From positions 4,160 through 68,159 of the forward strand of contig CAZYIE010000001.1 of assembly GCA_964646755.1 (NCBI GenBank): a DNA stretch of 64,000 nucleotides, in the 5' to 3' direction. This stretch comes from an uncultured Smithella sp. Its GTDB lineage: Bacteria > Desulfobacterota > Syntrophia > Syntrophales > Smithellaceae. The first letter of the stretch is position 1. Every line of letters starts with the position of its first letter. The notes under the pieces are model-generated. The model was not told the origin of the DNA. It made no database searches and was given only the letters and a program-made list of their open reading frames with translations. Both the position numbers and the translations under genes were made by a program. Positions 39,077-50,246 of the stretch are shown in pieces.

Positions 39077-41053
39077 ATGGCTGTCGAAACGAAAAAAAAT
39101 CTGAAAATCAGGATTGTCAGTGTCTTATTAATTTTTCTGATATTATTTATTGCCTTACTTTCCCGCGCTTTTCAATTACAGATATTGTCCGGCCAGAAAC
39201 TCAAAACTATGGCGCAAAAACAGCAAACTACCACATTGCAATTGCAACCGGAAAGAGGAGTAATTTACGACCGCAACGGTGAAAAACTGGCGGCATCAAT
39301 TATGGCCGATTCTGTATGCGCCGATCCGTCTAAAATTGCCGATCCCGTGCGAACGTCCCAGCAAATATCGGATATTCTCCATCTGGACAAGACTGTGGTC
39401 TTCAAAAAAATATCGGAGCCGAAGAACTTTTGCTGGCTGGCCAGGAGAATTTCTCCGGAGCAGGCAGCTCATGTGGAGGACGCAAATATTGAGGGGATAG
39501 TTCTGGTAAAAGAGCCGAAACGTTTTTATCCTAATGGCGAACTGGCGGCGCATATGCTGGGATTTGTCGGCGCCGATGCCACCGGTTTGGAAGGACTGGA
39601 AAAAAAGTATAACGAAGTTCTTAAGGGAAAGCCGGAAAAAATGGCCTGGGCGCGTGATGCCAAAGGCAAGAAATTGTTTTTACGTGTCGAAAAAAATGAA
39701 ACAAAAAAAGATGAAAGTATTGATCTCGTTCTGACAATTGATAGTCGCATTCAATTCCTGGTAGAAACGCATTTGAGAGATGCTGTTGTGAGTAAGGGGG
39801 CAAAAGGCGGGCTCGCGATCGTTATGGATCCCAAAACCGGCGAGATTTTGGCCCTGGCCAATGAAGGCAGATTCAACCCGAATAATATTAACGGATTGAT
39901 CCCAGATAAATGGCGTAACCGCGCCATCAGCGACTTCTATGATCCCGGTTCCACTTTTAAGCCATTTTTAGTTGCCGCTGCGCTGGAAGAGAAAGCCATT
40001 AAAGAAACAGATAAGTTTTTTTGTGAAAACGGATCGTACAGCATAGCCGATCGGACAATCCATGAAGCGAATCATGGACGCCACGGGGTGCTGGCAGTAC
40101 CGGACATATTAAAATACTCCAGCAATATAGGTTCGGTAAAAATTGCCCAGAAGTTGGGCAAGGAAAAGTATGCGGAGTATATTGAAAAATTTGGTTTTGG
40201 AGCGAAAACGGGGGTAGACCTGCCGGGCGAATCGACGGGAATGGTAAGGCCTGTACAAAAATGGATGAAAGTTGATGCGGCGACAATTGCTTTTGGTCAG
40301 GGGATTTCGGTAACGGCTATTCAATTAATTTCAGCAATGTCGGCAATTGCCAATAATGGTGTTTTGATGAAACCTTATATTGTGCGGGGTCTTGCCGATA
40401 AGAACAACCGTTTGATTAAAATGTACACGCCGACGGTTGTGCGGACGGTTGTTTCCCCCGGAGTAGCAAAGCAATTAACCGGCATGCTTACGGAAGTTGT
40501 CGGTGCTGTTGACGGTACCGGGAAAAATGCACGTATTGTCAATGTAGCTGTTGCCGGTAAAACAGGAACTTCGCAGAAATTTGACCATGCGCGGGGCATC
40601 TATTCGTCGGAGAGGGTGCGTACATCGTTCGTTGGATTCTTTCCTGCGGATAATCCGCAGGTTGCCATTTTAGTAACTTTGGATGAGCCGCAGCGTGATA
40701 AATGGGGCGGTGTGGCTGCCGCGCCGGTCTTTAAAAATATCGGTGAACAGATACTGAATTGCTTTAAAACAAACATTCGTGAAACACCGGTACTTGATCA
40801 GGAAAAAACAAATAAGGTACAGCTTGTTTCGGCTCAGCAGACTCTTGTTCCGGGGAATGTTACCATGGATGATGAATCAGTTATGCCCAATTTTTTAAAT
40901 TTGACGATCAGAGAAGTGATGAAGAAAGCCAGGGAGCGATCAATAGAAGTGAAAATATCCGGAAATGGCTGGGCGACAAGCCAGTATCCGCAAGCCGGTA
41001 CACAACTTGGTGAAGAGCGTGTTTGCAATGTTACATTTGAGTTAAACAATTGA
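39077..41053 (+). CDS. ftsI: Peptidoglycan D,D-transpeptidase FtsI (class B PBP) with a C-terminal PASTA domain
   Basis: STFK, SSN and KTGT motifs in order, with a PASTA-like tail (MPNFLNLTIREV...). Confidence 0.9.
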   Translation: MAVETKKNLKIRIVSVLLIFLILFIALLSRAFQLQILSGQKLKTMAQKQQTTTLQLQPERGVIYDRNGEKLAASIMADSVCADPSKIADPVRTSQQISDILHLDKTVVFKKISEPKNFCWLARRISPEQAAHVEDANIEGIVLVKEPKRFYPNGELAAHMLGFVGADATGLEGLEKKYNEVLKGKPEKMAWARDAKGKKLFLRVEKNETKKDESIDLVLTIDSRIQFLVETHLRDAVVSKGAKGGLAIVMDPKTGEILALANEGRFNPNNINGLIPDKWRNRAISDFYDPGSTFKPFLVAAALEEKAIKETDKFFCENGSYSIADRTIHEANHGRHGVLAVPDILKYSSNIGSVKIAQKLGKEKYAEYIEKFGFGAKTGVDLPGESTGMVRPVQKWMKVDAATIAFGQGISVTAIQLISAMSAIANNGVLMKPYIVRGLADKNNRLIKMYTPTVVRTVVSPGVAKQLTGMLTEVVGAVDGTGKNARIVNVAVAGKTGTSQKFDHARGIYSSERVRTSFVGFFPADNPQVAILVTLDEPQRDKWGGVAAAPVFKNIGEQILNCFKTNIRETPVLDQEKTNKVQLVSAQQTLVPGNVTMDDESVMPNFLNLTIREVMKKARERSIEVKISGNGWATSQYPQAGTQLGEERVCNVTFELNN

Positions 41054-41060
41054 GGTGGCG

Positions 41061-42581
41061 ATGATACTTGGTAAACTTCTCGAAGGCATAGAACTTATCC
41101 GTACATCCGGAGACTTAGAGGAAGAAGTTTCCACTGTTTGTTATGCGGCGGATCAGTGCCAGGAAGGCTCTTTATTCGTGGCCATTCCCGGGTTAAAGCA
41201 TGATGGCCATGATTTTATTGGGGAGGCAATTGCCCGCGGTGCAAAATATATCGTGCAGGAAAAAGATGTCCAGCTTCCCCGCCCAGTAACGGCTATTAAT
41301 GTGGCTAGCAGCCGACGTGCTTTAGGAGTTTTAGCTAAGAATTATTTCGGCAATCCTTCAGCAAATATCGTTTTGATTGCAGTTATCGGGACAAACGGAA
41401 AAACAACAATTACGTACTTGCTGGAATCGATTTTGCAGGGAGCCGGTTTTAAATGTGGTGTTTTAGGAACGGTCAATTACCGTTTTAATGATAAAACATA
41501 TCCTGCACCAAATACAACTCCTGAATCTTATGAGCTGCAGAAAATTCTTCGCCAAATGGCCGACGATGGTGTGACACACGTTATCGCCGAGGTGTCCTCT
41601 CATGCCATTGATTTAAAGAGGGTAGATGATTGCGACTTTGATCTGGGTATTTTTACCAACCTTACCCGCGACCATCTTGATTATCACAAAACAATGGAAA
41701 ATTATTTTCAAGCAAAGAAAAGGTTTTTTTCCGAAGTATTGCCGCAAAGCAGGAAATATCATTCTCGGAAAATGGTAATCAATAGCGATGACCAGTGGGG
41801 ACAAAGAATTCTGGCAGAAACGCCGCTTAAGGCATTGACATATGGCATAGAAACCAATTGCAATACAAAAGCAAGTGATTATGAATTTTCACTTTCCGGA
41901 ATTGCAGCCCGGATAAGCATTGCCGGTGCATCACTTTCTATTTGCTCTCCGCTTATTGGTAAGTTTAATCTTTACAATATTCTGGCTGCAGTCGGAGCTT
42001 CATCTCTTCTCGGTATCCCGCAGGCACTGATAAAGTCAGGCATAGAGAATATGTCCTGTGTGCCCGGACGACTCGAAAACGTCGGTTCAAATGCCGGATT
42101 CCATGTTTTTGTGGATTACGCGCACACGGATGATGCGTTAAGGCGAGTGCTGCAAAATTTAACCATGATCAAGGAAAAACGTATTATCACGGTATTTGGT
42201 TGCGGTGGTAATCGTGATCGCGGCAAACGGCCACTGATGGGTGAGGCAGCCGCGAGTTACAGTGACCTGGCTATTATAACCTCGGACAATCCGCGTCTGG
42301 AAGATCCTGCTGTGATTATTCGGGAAATAGAAACCGGAATTGATCCAAAGAAGATTAAAAAGGTAGAAATTGATCAGCTGGGAATAATGAATGATGTTCA
42401 TTCATATGCGGTAATTCCCGACCGGGAAAAAGCAATCGAAGCTGCAATTCGCATAGCCTTAGCGGGGGACATTGTTTTAATTGCCGGTAAGGGTCATGAA
42501 GATTATCAAATCGTGGGCACACAGAAACTGCCCTTTAATGACTGCGTTGTTGCTGCGCATGCGTTGAAAATGAAGGGTTAA
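41061..42581 (+). CDS. murE: UDP-N-acetylmuramoyl-L-alanyl-D-glutamate--2,6-diaminopimelate ligase
   Basis: GTNGKTT P-loop and a DNPR motif (meso-DAP type). The ORF opens at the GTG at 41055, but the ATG at 41061 is preferred. Confidence 0.9.
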   Translation: MILGKLLEGIELIRTSGDLEEEVSTVCYAADQCQEGSLFVAIPGLKHDGHDFIGEAIARGAKYIVQEKDVQLPRPVTAINVASSRRALGVLAKNYFGNPSANIVLIAVIGTNGKTTITYLLESILQGAGFKCGVLGTVNYRFNDKTYPAPNTTPESYELQKILRQMADDGVTHVIAEVSSHAIDLKRVDDCDFDLGIFTNLTRDHLDYHKTMENYFQAKKRFFSEVLPQSRKYHSRKMVINSDDQWGQRILAETPLKALTYGIETNCNTKASDYEFSLSGIAARISIAGASLSICSPLIGKFNLYNILAAVGASSLLGIPQALIKSGIENMSCVPGRLENVGSNAGFHVFVDYAHTDDALRRVLQNLTMIKEKRIITVFGCGGNRDRGKRPLMGEAAASYSDLAIITSDNPRLEDPAVIIREIETGIDPKKIKKVEIDQLGIMNDVHSYAVIPDREKAIEAAIRIALAGDIVLIAGKGHEDYQIVGTQKLPFNDCVVAAHALKMKG

Positions 42582-42589
42582 AATAATTT

Positions 42590-44062
42590 ATGGTTAGCGG
42601 TTCACCGATATTTACTGCCACGCAGGTATTGAAAGCAACAGGTGGTGTTTTGCTTGCAGGAGATCAGGGGGCTACATTTTATGGAATTACGACCGATTCA
42701 CGTCAGGTGCAGGGTGGTAATTTGTTTGTTGCCCTGCAAGGCGAAAAATATGATGGTCACGATTTTGTAGGATTGGCGGTAGAGCAGGGAGCTGCAGGTT
42801 GTTTGGTGCAAAATGAGACGGAATTCAAGATAAGTCCGCAAGCGAAGAAAGTGACTGTAATCAAGGTTGCCGATACATTACAGGCGCTGGGTGATTTGGC
42901 GCAGAATTACCGGAAGCGCTTTTCCATCCCGGTGATTGGGTTAACCGGTTCTTCGGGGAAGACAACCACAAAGGAAATGATGGTGTCAATTATCAGCCGG
43001 GCGGAAAATGCTTTAACAACGGAAGGCAATTTAAACAATCTGATCGGATTGCCGCAGACTATATTCCGTTTAACAAAAGATCACAAATTAGCTATCCTGG
43101 AAATGGGCACGAATACACGCGGCGAGATTAAAAGGCTGACACAAATTGCCGCACCGGATATCGGTTTGATTACCAATGTCGGTCCTGCGCATTTGGCCGG
43201 CTTCGGGTCGGTGGATATCGTCCGTGAGGAAAAGGGTGATTTGTTTTTAAATATGGCATCGGCAGGGACGGCGATAGTTAATCTGGATGATGACGCCATA
43301 CGTATTGCTGCCGAGCGGTGGCAAGGACGGCGCATTACTTTCGGCATGAGTTCTGCTGCCGATGTTACGGCGAAGGACATAGAAAAAAATGGCGCCCGCG
43401 GTGTACGTTTCACGCTGGTAATCGGTGATAAGGCACAGAAGGTTGAGATGAAAATTGTTGGTATCCATCATGTTTACAATGCTCTGGCTGCGTCAGCAAC
43501 AGCTTGGGCGGCAGGTATTGACGGAAAGACGATTGCGGAAGGACTGGCTGCATTTCGGCCGGTTTCCGGGCGTATGCAGATAATCAAACTGCAAAACTGC
43601 GCTCATATTATAGATGATTCTTACAATGCCAATCCGGCATCAGTGCGCGAAGCGCTGATGACACTGAAAGATTTGAAGAAACATCACAGTGGTTATGTGT
43701 TTTTGGGGGACATGCTTGAATTAGGCGCATCCGCTGATGAAATGCACCGTAAAATAGGATTCTTGATGGCAACAATAGACGTAAATGCTGTCTTTTTGAA
43801 AGGTGATTTTTCCGCAGTCACAGCAGCAGGTGCTAGAGAAGGTGGTATGCTGCCGCAAAATATTTTCTTTTTGTCTGAGGAAGAAGACGGCATGTTGTTT
43901 TTGAAAAAGAATTTAAAGAAGGGTGACTGGATCTTAGTGAAAGGGTCGCGACGGCTGAAGATGGAAAAAATTGCAGTTCAAATATGCGATTTATTCGGCA
44001 AAGCTGAAGTCGGAGCAAAGAACAGCTCACTATCTAATTTGTCGGGAGGTAATGAAAATTGA
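42590..44062 (+). CDS. murF: UDP-N-acetylmuramoyl-tripeptide--D-alanyl-D-alanine ligase
   Basis: [11 protein letters not shown] and DDSYNANP. Position in the dcw cluster supports the call. Confidence 0.9.
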   Translation: MVSGSPIFTATQVLKATGGVLLAGDQGATFYGITTDSRQVQGGNLFVALQGEKYDGHDFVGLAVEQGAAGCLVQNETEFKISPQAKKVTVIKVADTLQALGDLAQNYRKRFSIPVIGLTGSSGKTTTKEMMVSIISRAENALTTEGNLNNLIGLPQTIFRLTKDHKLAILEMGTNTRGEIKRLTQIAAPDIGLITNVGPAHLAGFGSVDIVREEKGDLFLNMASAGTAIVNLDDDAIRIAAERWQGRRITFGMSSAADVTAKDIEKNGARGVRFTLVIGDKAQKVEMKIVGIHHVYNALAASATAWAAGIDGKTIAEGLAAFRPVSGRMQIIKLQNCAHIIDDSYNANPASVREALMTLKDLKKHHSGYVFLGDMLELGASADEMHRKIGFLMATIDVNAVFLKGDFSAVTAAGAREGGMLPQNIFFLSEEEDGMLFLKKNLKKGDWILVKGSRRLKMEKIAVQICDLFGKAEVGAKNSSLSNLSGGNEN

Positions 44063-45138
44063 TTTACCATTTACTATATCCCCTGCATACGACATTTTCA
44101 TCGTTTAACGTATTTCGTTACATAACTTTCCGGACGATTTATGCGACTATTACCGCGCTGATAATATGTTTTGTTATAGGTCCCTGGCTCATACGGAAAT
44201 TGCAGAGCATGCAGATCGGCCAACAGATCAGGGAAGACGGCCCGCAAAGCCATCTGGTAAAGAAAGGTACTCCCACAATGGGCGGGGTATTGATAATTTT
44301 CTCTGTTGTGATTTCGACATTGCTCTGGGCGAATCTTTCGGTTGATTATGTCTGGTTGATATTACTGGTGACGGTGGGATACGGTTTGATTGGGTTTATC
44401 GATGATTATAGTAAGCTCATCGGAAAAAATTCCAAAGGGGTGTCTGGGAAAACAAGGCTCACCGCGGAAATCTTTATCGCTCTGTTTGTGAGCGTAATTC
44501 TTTATCTAAAACCGGGATTCAGCTCACAGGTTACCATCCCGTTTTTTAAAACAGTTCTGCCCAATCTTGGCTGGGGTTATGTTCTGCTTTCCACATTCAT
44601 CATTGTGGGTGCGGCCAATGCTGTGAATCTCACTGATGGATTGGATGGGCTGGCCATCGGCCCGGCTACAATTTGTTTTGCCACTTATGTAATGTTTGCC
44701 TATTTTGCCGGTAACGTCAAAGTGTCGACGTATCTACAAATCCCTTACGTTGCTGGCGCCGGTGAGTTGGCGGTATTTTGCGGGGCTCTTGTTGGCGCCT
44801 CCTTAGGTTTTCTCTGGTTTAATTCTTATCCGGCGGAAGTATTTATGGGTGATGTCGGCTCACTATCTTTAGGCGGTGCTTTAGGAATGATGGCAGTTAT
44901 TACCAAACAGGAAATTCTCCTAGTTATTGTCGGTGGAATTTTTGTAATTGAAACATTTTCCGTTATTTTTCAAGTTGGTTATTTCAAAATGACAAACGGG
45001 AAGCGAATTTTCCGGATGGCGCCATTACATCATCATTTTGAATTGAAAGGCTGGGCGGAGCCGAAAGTAATTGTGCGTTTTTGGGTAATTTCGATTTTGC
45101 TGGCCTTAATGGCGATAGGTACATTGAAATTACGTTAG
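44059..45138 (+). CDS. mraY: Phospho-N-acetylmuramoyl-pentapeptide transferase
   Basis: [20 protein letters not shown] and PLHHHFE. It overlaps the murF stop. Confidence 0.95.
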   Translation: MIYHLLYPLHTTFSSFNVFRYITFRTIYATITALIICFVIGPWLIRKLQSMQIGQQIREDGPQSHLVKKGTPTMGGVLIIFSVVISTLLWANLSVDYVWLILLVTVGYGLIGFIDDYSKLIGKNSKGVSGKTRLTAEIFIALFVSVILYLKPGFSSQVTIPFFKTVLPNLGWGYVLLSTFIIVGAANAVNLTDGLDGLAIGPATICFATYVMFAYFAGNVKVSTYLQIPYVAGAGELAVFCGALVGASLGFLWFNSYPAEVFMGDVGSLSLGGALGMMAVITKQEILLVIVGGIFVIETFSVIFQVGYFKMTNGKRIFRMAPLHHHFELKGWAEPKVIVRFWVISILLALMAIGTLKLR

Positions 45139-45195
45139 GGACCGCTACAAAATAACGATGTTGATGTTATTGTTAATGAACGGCTTAGAGGTAAT

Positions 45196-46539
45196 ATGGA
45201 TTTCAAAGGAAAGAAAATAGTTGTCATCGGTATGGGCAAAACAGGAATTGCCACTGCCCGGTTTTTAGGTGCACAGGGCGCCCGGGTTGTGGTTGCCGAT
45301 GAAAAACCTGCCAAGCAATGGGATAAACATTATGAGCAGATTGCCAATGAAAATTGGCTGGAAAACGGAGCATATAATGCCGGTATTTTGATTGGGGCAG
45401 ATATGGTTATCCCGTCGCCGGGGATTCCACCGTATAATGATATTCTTAAGGCAGCCATCCTGAAAAAAATTCCGGTTGTCAGTGAAATTGAATTGGCCTG
45501 CTGGTTTCTGAAAAAACCGGTAATTGCGGTTACCGGTACCAACGGAAAAACAACAACAGTAAGCCTGCTGGGAGAAATCCTTAAACGGGCAGGGAAGCGT
45601 GCATTTGTCGGCGGTAACATCGGCAATCCTTTAATTGAATATGCCGGAACATTGCAGGAAGAAGATTTTGTTGTTGCCGAAATCAGCAGTTTCCAAATGC
45701 AGTGGATGGATAAGTTCCGGCCTTTTGTCTCTATAATCTTGAATGTAACGTGCGACCATATTAATTATCACGGTTCTTTTGACGAATACCGTCGCATTAA
45801 GGCCAGAATATTTGCCAATCAGCACAAGTCTGATTTTGCTATTCTCAATGCCGAAGACGAGGCCACAGAGTCAATGACTTCCGGTATCCAGGCAAAGGTT
45901 GCTCTGTTTAGCTCAACAAAAGAAATACAACAGGGAATATATTTAAAAGATGATGCTCTTATTTTTAAGATGTTTGACGGTAGTTCGGAACAATATCCGC
46001 TGAACATGATTAAAATTCCCGGTTTGCATAATGTGGAAAATGTAATGGCTGCTGTAATGGCCGCACGCTTTTGCGGATGCAGCAGGGCCAGTATAATAGC
46101 TGCAATCAATGATTTCCGGGGCTTGCCGCACCGGATTGAATACGCCGCCGAGAAAAAAGGCGTCAGATTTTATGATGATTCCAAAGGAACGAATGTTGGT
46201 TCTGTTATGCGTGCGCTGGATACTTTCCCCGGACCGGTTATCTTGCTTTTAGGCGGGCGGGATAAAGATGGTGATTTTGATTCTCTTCAGCCGCTATTAA
46301 AGAAGAAAGCAAAAAAAGTGATCCTGTTTGGCGAAGCGCGTGACCGTATTGAATCTCTGATTGGTGAAGGCGTACCATTGGAGAAAAGACAGACTTTACG
46401 GGAAGCAATTGAGATTGCTTATGAAAATGCAGCAACCGGTGATGTGATATTGCTTTCCCCTGGTTGTGCCAGTTTTGATGAATTTAAAAATTATAAAGAG
46501 CGGGGTAATTATTTTAAAGAAGTGGTTGGGAATCTGTAA
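45196..46539 (+). CDS. murD: UDP-N-acetylmuramoylalanine--D-glutamate ligase
   Basis: GMGKTG start, GTNGKTTT and DDSKGTN. Confidence 0.9.
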   Translation: MDFKGKKIVVIGMGKTGIATARFLGAQGARVVVADEKPAKQWDKHYEQIANENWLENGAYNAGILIGADMVIPSPGIPPYNDILKAAILKKIPVVSEIELACWFLKKPVIAVTGTNGKTTTVSLLGEILKRAGKRAFVGGNIGNPLIEYAGTLQEEDFVVAEISSFQMQWMDKFRPFVSIILNVTCDHINYHGSFDEYRRIKARIFANQHKSDFAILNAEDEATESMTSGIQAKVALFSSTKEIQQGIYLKDDALIFKMFDGSSEQYPLNMIKIPGLHNVENVMAAVMAARFCGCSRASIIAAINDFRGLPHRIEYAAEKKGVRFYDDSKGTNVGSVMRALDTFPGPVILLLGGRDKDGDFDSLQPLLKKKAKKVILFGEARDRIESLIGEGVPLEKRQTLREAIEIAYENAATGDVILLSPGCASFDEFKNYKERGNYFKEVVGNL

Positions 46540-47649
46540 ATGGATGCTGTGTTAAAAAAAGAAGATAAAGCGCCGGATATCATTTTGCTCATGGTCACAT
46601 TAATTTTGGTGACTGTGGGTACGGCGATGATCTATTCATCCAGCTCTATTATTGCCCTGGAACGTTTTAAAGACGGTCTGTATTTTTTGAAGAAGCAGAT
46701 GCTTTTTGTTTTTCTGGGCCTTATTTCCATGGTGCTGATGAGCAAGATTCCCTATGTATCATTAAAGAAATTTGCTTATCCGGGAATAATTATATCTTTG
46801 ATTTTACTCACACTACTTTTGATCCCGCATGTTGGTCTTAAGCGTGGTGGAGCAACCCGTTGGTTGAATCTGGGATTTTTTTCTTTTCAGGTCACAGAAA
46901 TGGTTAAAATTGCGATGGTAGTTTTTCTTGCCCATTTGCTGACACGCAAAGCTCATCAGCTCCAGAAATTTACCCGGGGCGTTCTGGTTCCTCTGTCTAT
47001 CACTGCTGTGGTCATCTTGCCAATTTTATTGGAACCAGATTTCGGTACAGCGGTAATTATAGTGGCAATTATGTTTTTAATGATGAATCTGGCCGGTTCC
47101 AGGATGAAGCATTTACTGATTCTAGCTGCAGCTTGTATTCCTATTGGCATCGGTCTTATCTGGAATAAAGGATATAGAGTGGCGCGCCTCACTGCATTTT
47201 TGGATCCCTGGAAGGATGCGGACAATACCGGCTTTCAAATCATTCAATCCCTCTTATCTTTCGGATCTGGAGGAACTTTTGGTGTGGGAATCGGCGATGG
47301 CATGCAGAAATTATTTTACTTGCCGGAACCTCATACCGATTTTATTTTGTCTATCATCGCGGAAGAGAGCGGTTTTGTCGGTGTAACAATAGTAATTGTC
47401 ATGTTTATGCTTTTTGTTTTCCGGGGTTTTATGATTTCGCTGAAAGCGCCTGATCTTTTTGGTACGCTTCTGGCAGCGGGATTAACGATGGTAATCGCCT
47501 TGGAAGCCTTTATTAATATTGCCGGTGTCATGGGCATTATCCCGTTAAAAGGCCTGGCTCTGCCTTTTTTGAGCTACGGCGGAACATCGTTTATCATGAG
47601 TATGACAGCGGTAGGAATTTTATTGAATATATCGACTCAAAAAGTATGA
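46540..47649 (+). CDS. ftsW: SEDS-family peptidoglycan glycosyltransferase FtsW
   Basis: Ten-TM profile, LPEPHTDFI and PFLSYGGTS. Confidence 0.9.
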   Translation: MDAVLKKEDKAPDIILLMVTLILVTVGTAMIYSSSSIIALERFKDGLYFLKKQMLFVFLGLISMVLMSKIPYVSLKKFAYPGIIISLILLTLLLIPHVGLKRGGATRWLNLGFFSFQVTEMVKIAMVVFLAHLLTRKAHQLQKFTRGVLVPLSITAVVILPILLEPDFGTAVIIVAIMFLMMNLAGSRMKHLLILAAACIPIGIGLIWNKGYRVARLTAFLDPWKDADNTGFQIIQSLLSFGSGGTFGVGIGDGMQKLFYLPEPHTDFILSIIAEESGFVGVTIVIVMFMLFVFRGFMISLKAPDLFGTLLAAGLTMVIALEAFINIAGVMGIIPLKGLALPFLSYGGTSFIMSMTAVGILLNISTQKV

Positions 47650-47707
47650 ACGAAGTAATAAACAGAGAAATTATTTTGATCGTTTCCTGCTGGGCCTGGA
47701 GAGCAAC

Positions 47708-48793
47708 ATGCGCATTGTAATAGCAGGAGGAGGAACAGGCGGACATTTATTTCCGGGTATTGCCATTGCCGAGGAATTCATTAAAAGAGACAAGCAAACA
47801 GAAGTTCTTTTTGTCGGAACCAAAAATGGTATTGAAAGTAAGCTGCTGGGTGGTGTTGGTTATAAACTACGTACGATTGATATCGAAGGAATTAAGGGAC
47901 GAGGAATGAAAGCTCTGGCAAAAGGTTTTTATTCGATTCCGCAAAGCATGTTGCAGTCCAGGCGGATACTGAAAGAGTTTCGTCCTCAGATTGCCATTGG
48001 TGTGGGCGGCTATGCTTCAGGGCCGGCGGTGTTGGCCGCATATTTCATGGGGATACCGACTGCAATTGCCGAACAAAATTCTGTGCCCGGCATCACTAAC
48101 CGGATATTAGGAAAGTTTGTGGATAAAATATTCGTGACGTATGAGCAGACCAAAGAGTCATTTCCCCGCTCTAAGGTATTGCTTAGCGGTAATCCGGTAC
48201 GAGCGGCATTCACCGGTGTGCGCAGCCGGCAAAAACCGGAAAAAGATTTCCGTCAGCTGCTGGTCTTTGGCGGTTCTCAGGGAGCCATGGCGATAAATAA
48301 AAGTGTAGTTGAAATGCTTCCCCAGTTACAGAGAATGAAACATAGAGTACGCATATTGCACCAGGCTGGAACGCGGGAAGTGGAATCGGTGCGCGAGGCT
48401 TATGCCCGTTATGGAATTCAGGCCGATGTTACCTCGTTTATTGTCGATATGGCCGAAGCATACAGGCAGGCTGATTTGATTATTTGCCGGGCCGGAGCGA
48501 CATCACTAGCGGAAATTACTGCAGCGGGTAAAGCGCCAATATTGATTCCCTTTCCCTGGGCGACCAATGATCATCAGACAAAAAATGCCGAGGCACTGGC
48601 GGATAAAGGTGCGGCAATTATGATTAAGGAGAAGGATCTCGGTGGTACTAAGTTGTTTGAAGTGGTTGACGGCTTATTTAGTGATCCGAAGAAATTGCAA
48701 TTGATGGAAGAGAAATCGGCAGAGATCGGCAATATCAATGCGGCGGAAAGTATTGTTGATGCCTGTCTTAAATTGATGGCAATGAAAAATTAA
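47708..48793 (+). CDS. murG: UDP-N-acetylglucosamine--N-acetylmuramyl-(pentapeptide) pyrophosphoryl-undecaprenol GlcNAc transferase
   Basis: GGGTGGHLFPG and HQTKNA. Confidence 0.9.
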   Translation: MRIVIAGGGTGGHLFPGIAIAEEFIKRDKQTEVLFVGTKNGIESKLLGGVGYKLRTIDIEGIKGRGMKALAKGFYSIPQSMLQSRRILKEFRPQIAIGVGGYASGPAVLAAYFMGIPTAIAEQNSVPGITNRILGKFVDKIFVTYEQTKESFPRSKVLLSGNPVRAAFTGVRSRQKPEKDFRQLLVFGGSQGAMAINKSVVEMLPQLQRMKHRVRILHQAGTREVESVREAYARYGIQADVTSFIVDMAEAYRQADLIICRAGATSLAEITAAGKAPILIPFPWATNDHQTKNAEALADKGAAIMIKEKDLGGTKLFEVVDGLFSDPKKLQLMEEKSAEIGNINAAESIVDACLKLMAMKN

Positions 48794-48834
48794 TGATTCA
48801 ACATAGGTAAAACTGGAAGAGGAATATTCGATAA

Positions 48835-50244
48835 ATGGGAACAGATAAAGAAACCGGATTAATGCAGCGCAAAATAAAGTGCATTCATTTTGTGGGAATC
48901 GGCGGCATCGGTATGAGCGGAATTGCCGAAGTTCTGCTCAATCTCGGCTATAAAATCAGTGGCTCCGATGCGCAGCAGTCGGAGACAACGCTGCGTCTCT
49001 CGAGACTGGGGGCAATGGTCGCCCTGGGTCACAGTGCGCAAAATATCGGTAATGCCGATGTCGTGGTAACTTCTACCGCAGTAAAGGCGGCCAATCCGGA
49101 AGTTGTGGAAGCACACCTACGGAATATTCCGGTAATTCCGCGAGCGGAAATGCTTGCCGAACTTTTGAAAATGAAATTCTCCGTGGCCGTTTCGGGCAGT
49201 CACGGCAAGACAACGACAACATCCATGGTAGCCACAATCCTAGCGGGAGGTGGTCTTGATCCCACCATGGTTATTGGAGGGAAACTGGCCAGTATTGGCA
49301 GCAATGCTCGCCTGGGCGACGGCGAAATAATTGTTGCCGAAGCGGATGAGAGTGATGGTTCCTTCCTGAAGCTTTCACCGACAATTGCAGTTATTACCAA
49401 CATTGATCGGGAGCACTTGGATTATTATCCTGGTATCACCGAAATCAAGGATGCCTTTCTCAAATTTGCCAACATTGTTCCCTTTTATGGTTGTACGGTC
49501 ATGTGCAACGATAATGAGTATGTAAGAGAAATTGCCCCGCAGATTAAGCGTAGAACTATAACATATGGTATTGAACATGCGGCGGATTACAGCGCGCAGG
49601 AAATAAAATTTCAGGGCAGCAAAACATTTTATCGCCTTTGTTATAAGGGAGAAGCAGTGGGAGAAATTGAACTTAATGTCCCTGGCATGTTTAATGTTTA
49701 TAATTCGCTTGCGGCGATAGCTGTTGGCCGTGAACTGGAACTTGATATTCCGGCAATCCGGAAAGGACTGTTGAGCTTTAATGGAGTACAGCGCCGGATG
49801 GAAATTAAAGGTCGGGTTGGAAGTATAACAGTTGTCGATGATTACGGTCATCATCCGACGGAAGTCAAAGAAACTCTGGCGGCAGCGACCCACGTATGGA
49901 AAGAAAGGCGCATTGTCGTTTTTCAGCCACATCGCTTTACCCGGACCAAGGCTCTTTTTGATGAGTTCACCCGAGCTTTTACCGATGCCGATGTCCTGAT
50001 TTTAAACGATATTTATCCTGCCAGCGAAGAGCCGATTGCCGGAGTTAATTCAGCGGCGCTTTGCTTAGCGATTAAGAAGATCGGTCATCCTCATGTTGAA
50101 TATATTGCGAAGGCGGAAGATACGGTTGAATATCTGTTAAAAATTGTTAGGCCCGGCGATGCGGTATTTACTCTTGGTGCCGGAAGTGTCTATAAAATAG
50201 GCGAAGCCTTTTTAAAACAACTGAAAGATCGGGAAGCAAAATAA
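48835..50244 (+). CDS. murC: UDP-N-acetylmuramate--L-alanine ligase
   Basis: HFVGIGGIGMSGIAEVL, GSHGKTTTTSM and DDYGHHPTE. The start could instead be the downstream ATG (MQRKIK). Confidence 0.9.
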   Translation: MGTDKETGLMQRKIKCIHFVGIGGIGMSGIAEVLLNLGYKISGSDAQQSETTLRLSRLGAMVALGHSAQNIGNADVVVTSTAVKAANPEVVEAHLRNIPVIPRAEMLAELLKMKFSVAVSGSHGKTTTTSMVATILAGGGLDPTMVIGGKLASIGSNARLGDGEIIVAEADESDGSFLKLSPTIAVITNIDREHLDYYPGITEIKDAFLKFANIVPFYGCTVMCNDNEYVREIAPQIKRRTITYGIEHAADYSAQEIKFQGSKTFYRLCYKGEAVGEIELNVPGMFNVYNSLAAIAVGRELELDIPAIRKGLLSFNGVQRRMEIKGRVGSITVVDDYGHHPTEVKETLAAATHVWKERRIVVFQPHRFTRTKALFDEFTRAFTDADVLILNDIYPASEEPIAGVNSAALCLAIKKIGHPHVEYIAKAEDTVEYLLKIVRPGDAVFTLGAGSVYKIGEAFLKQLKDREAK

Positions 50245-50246
50245 TA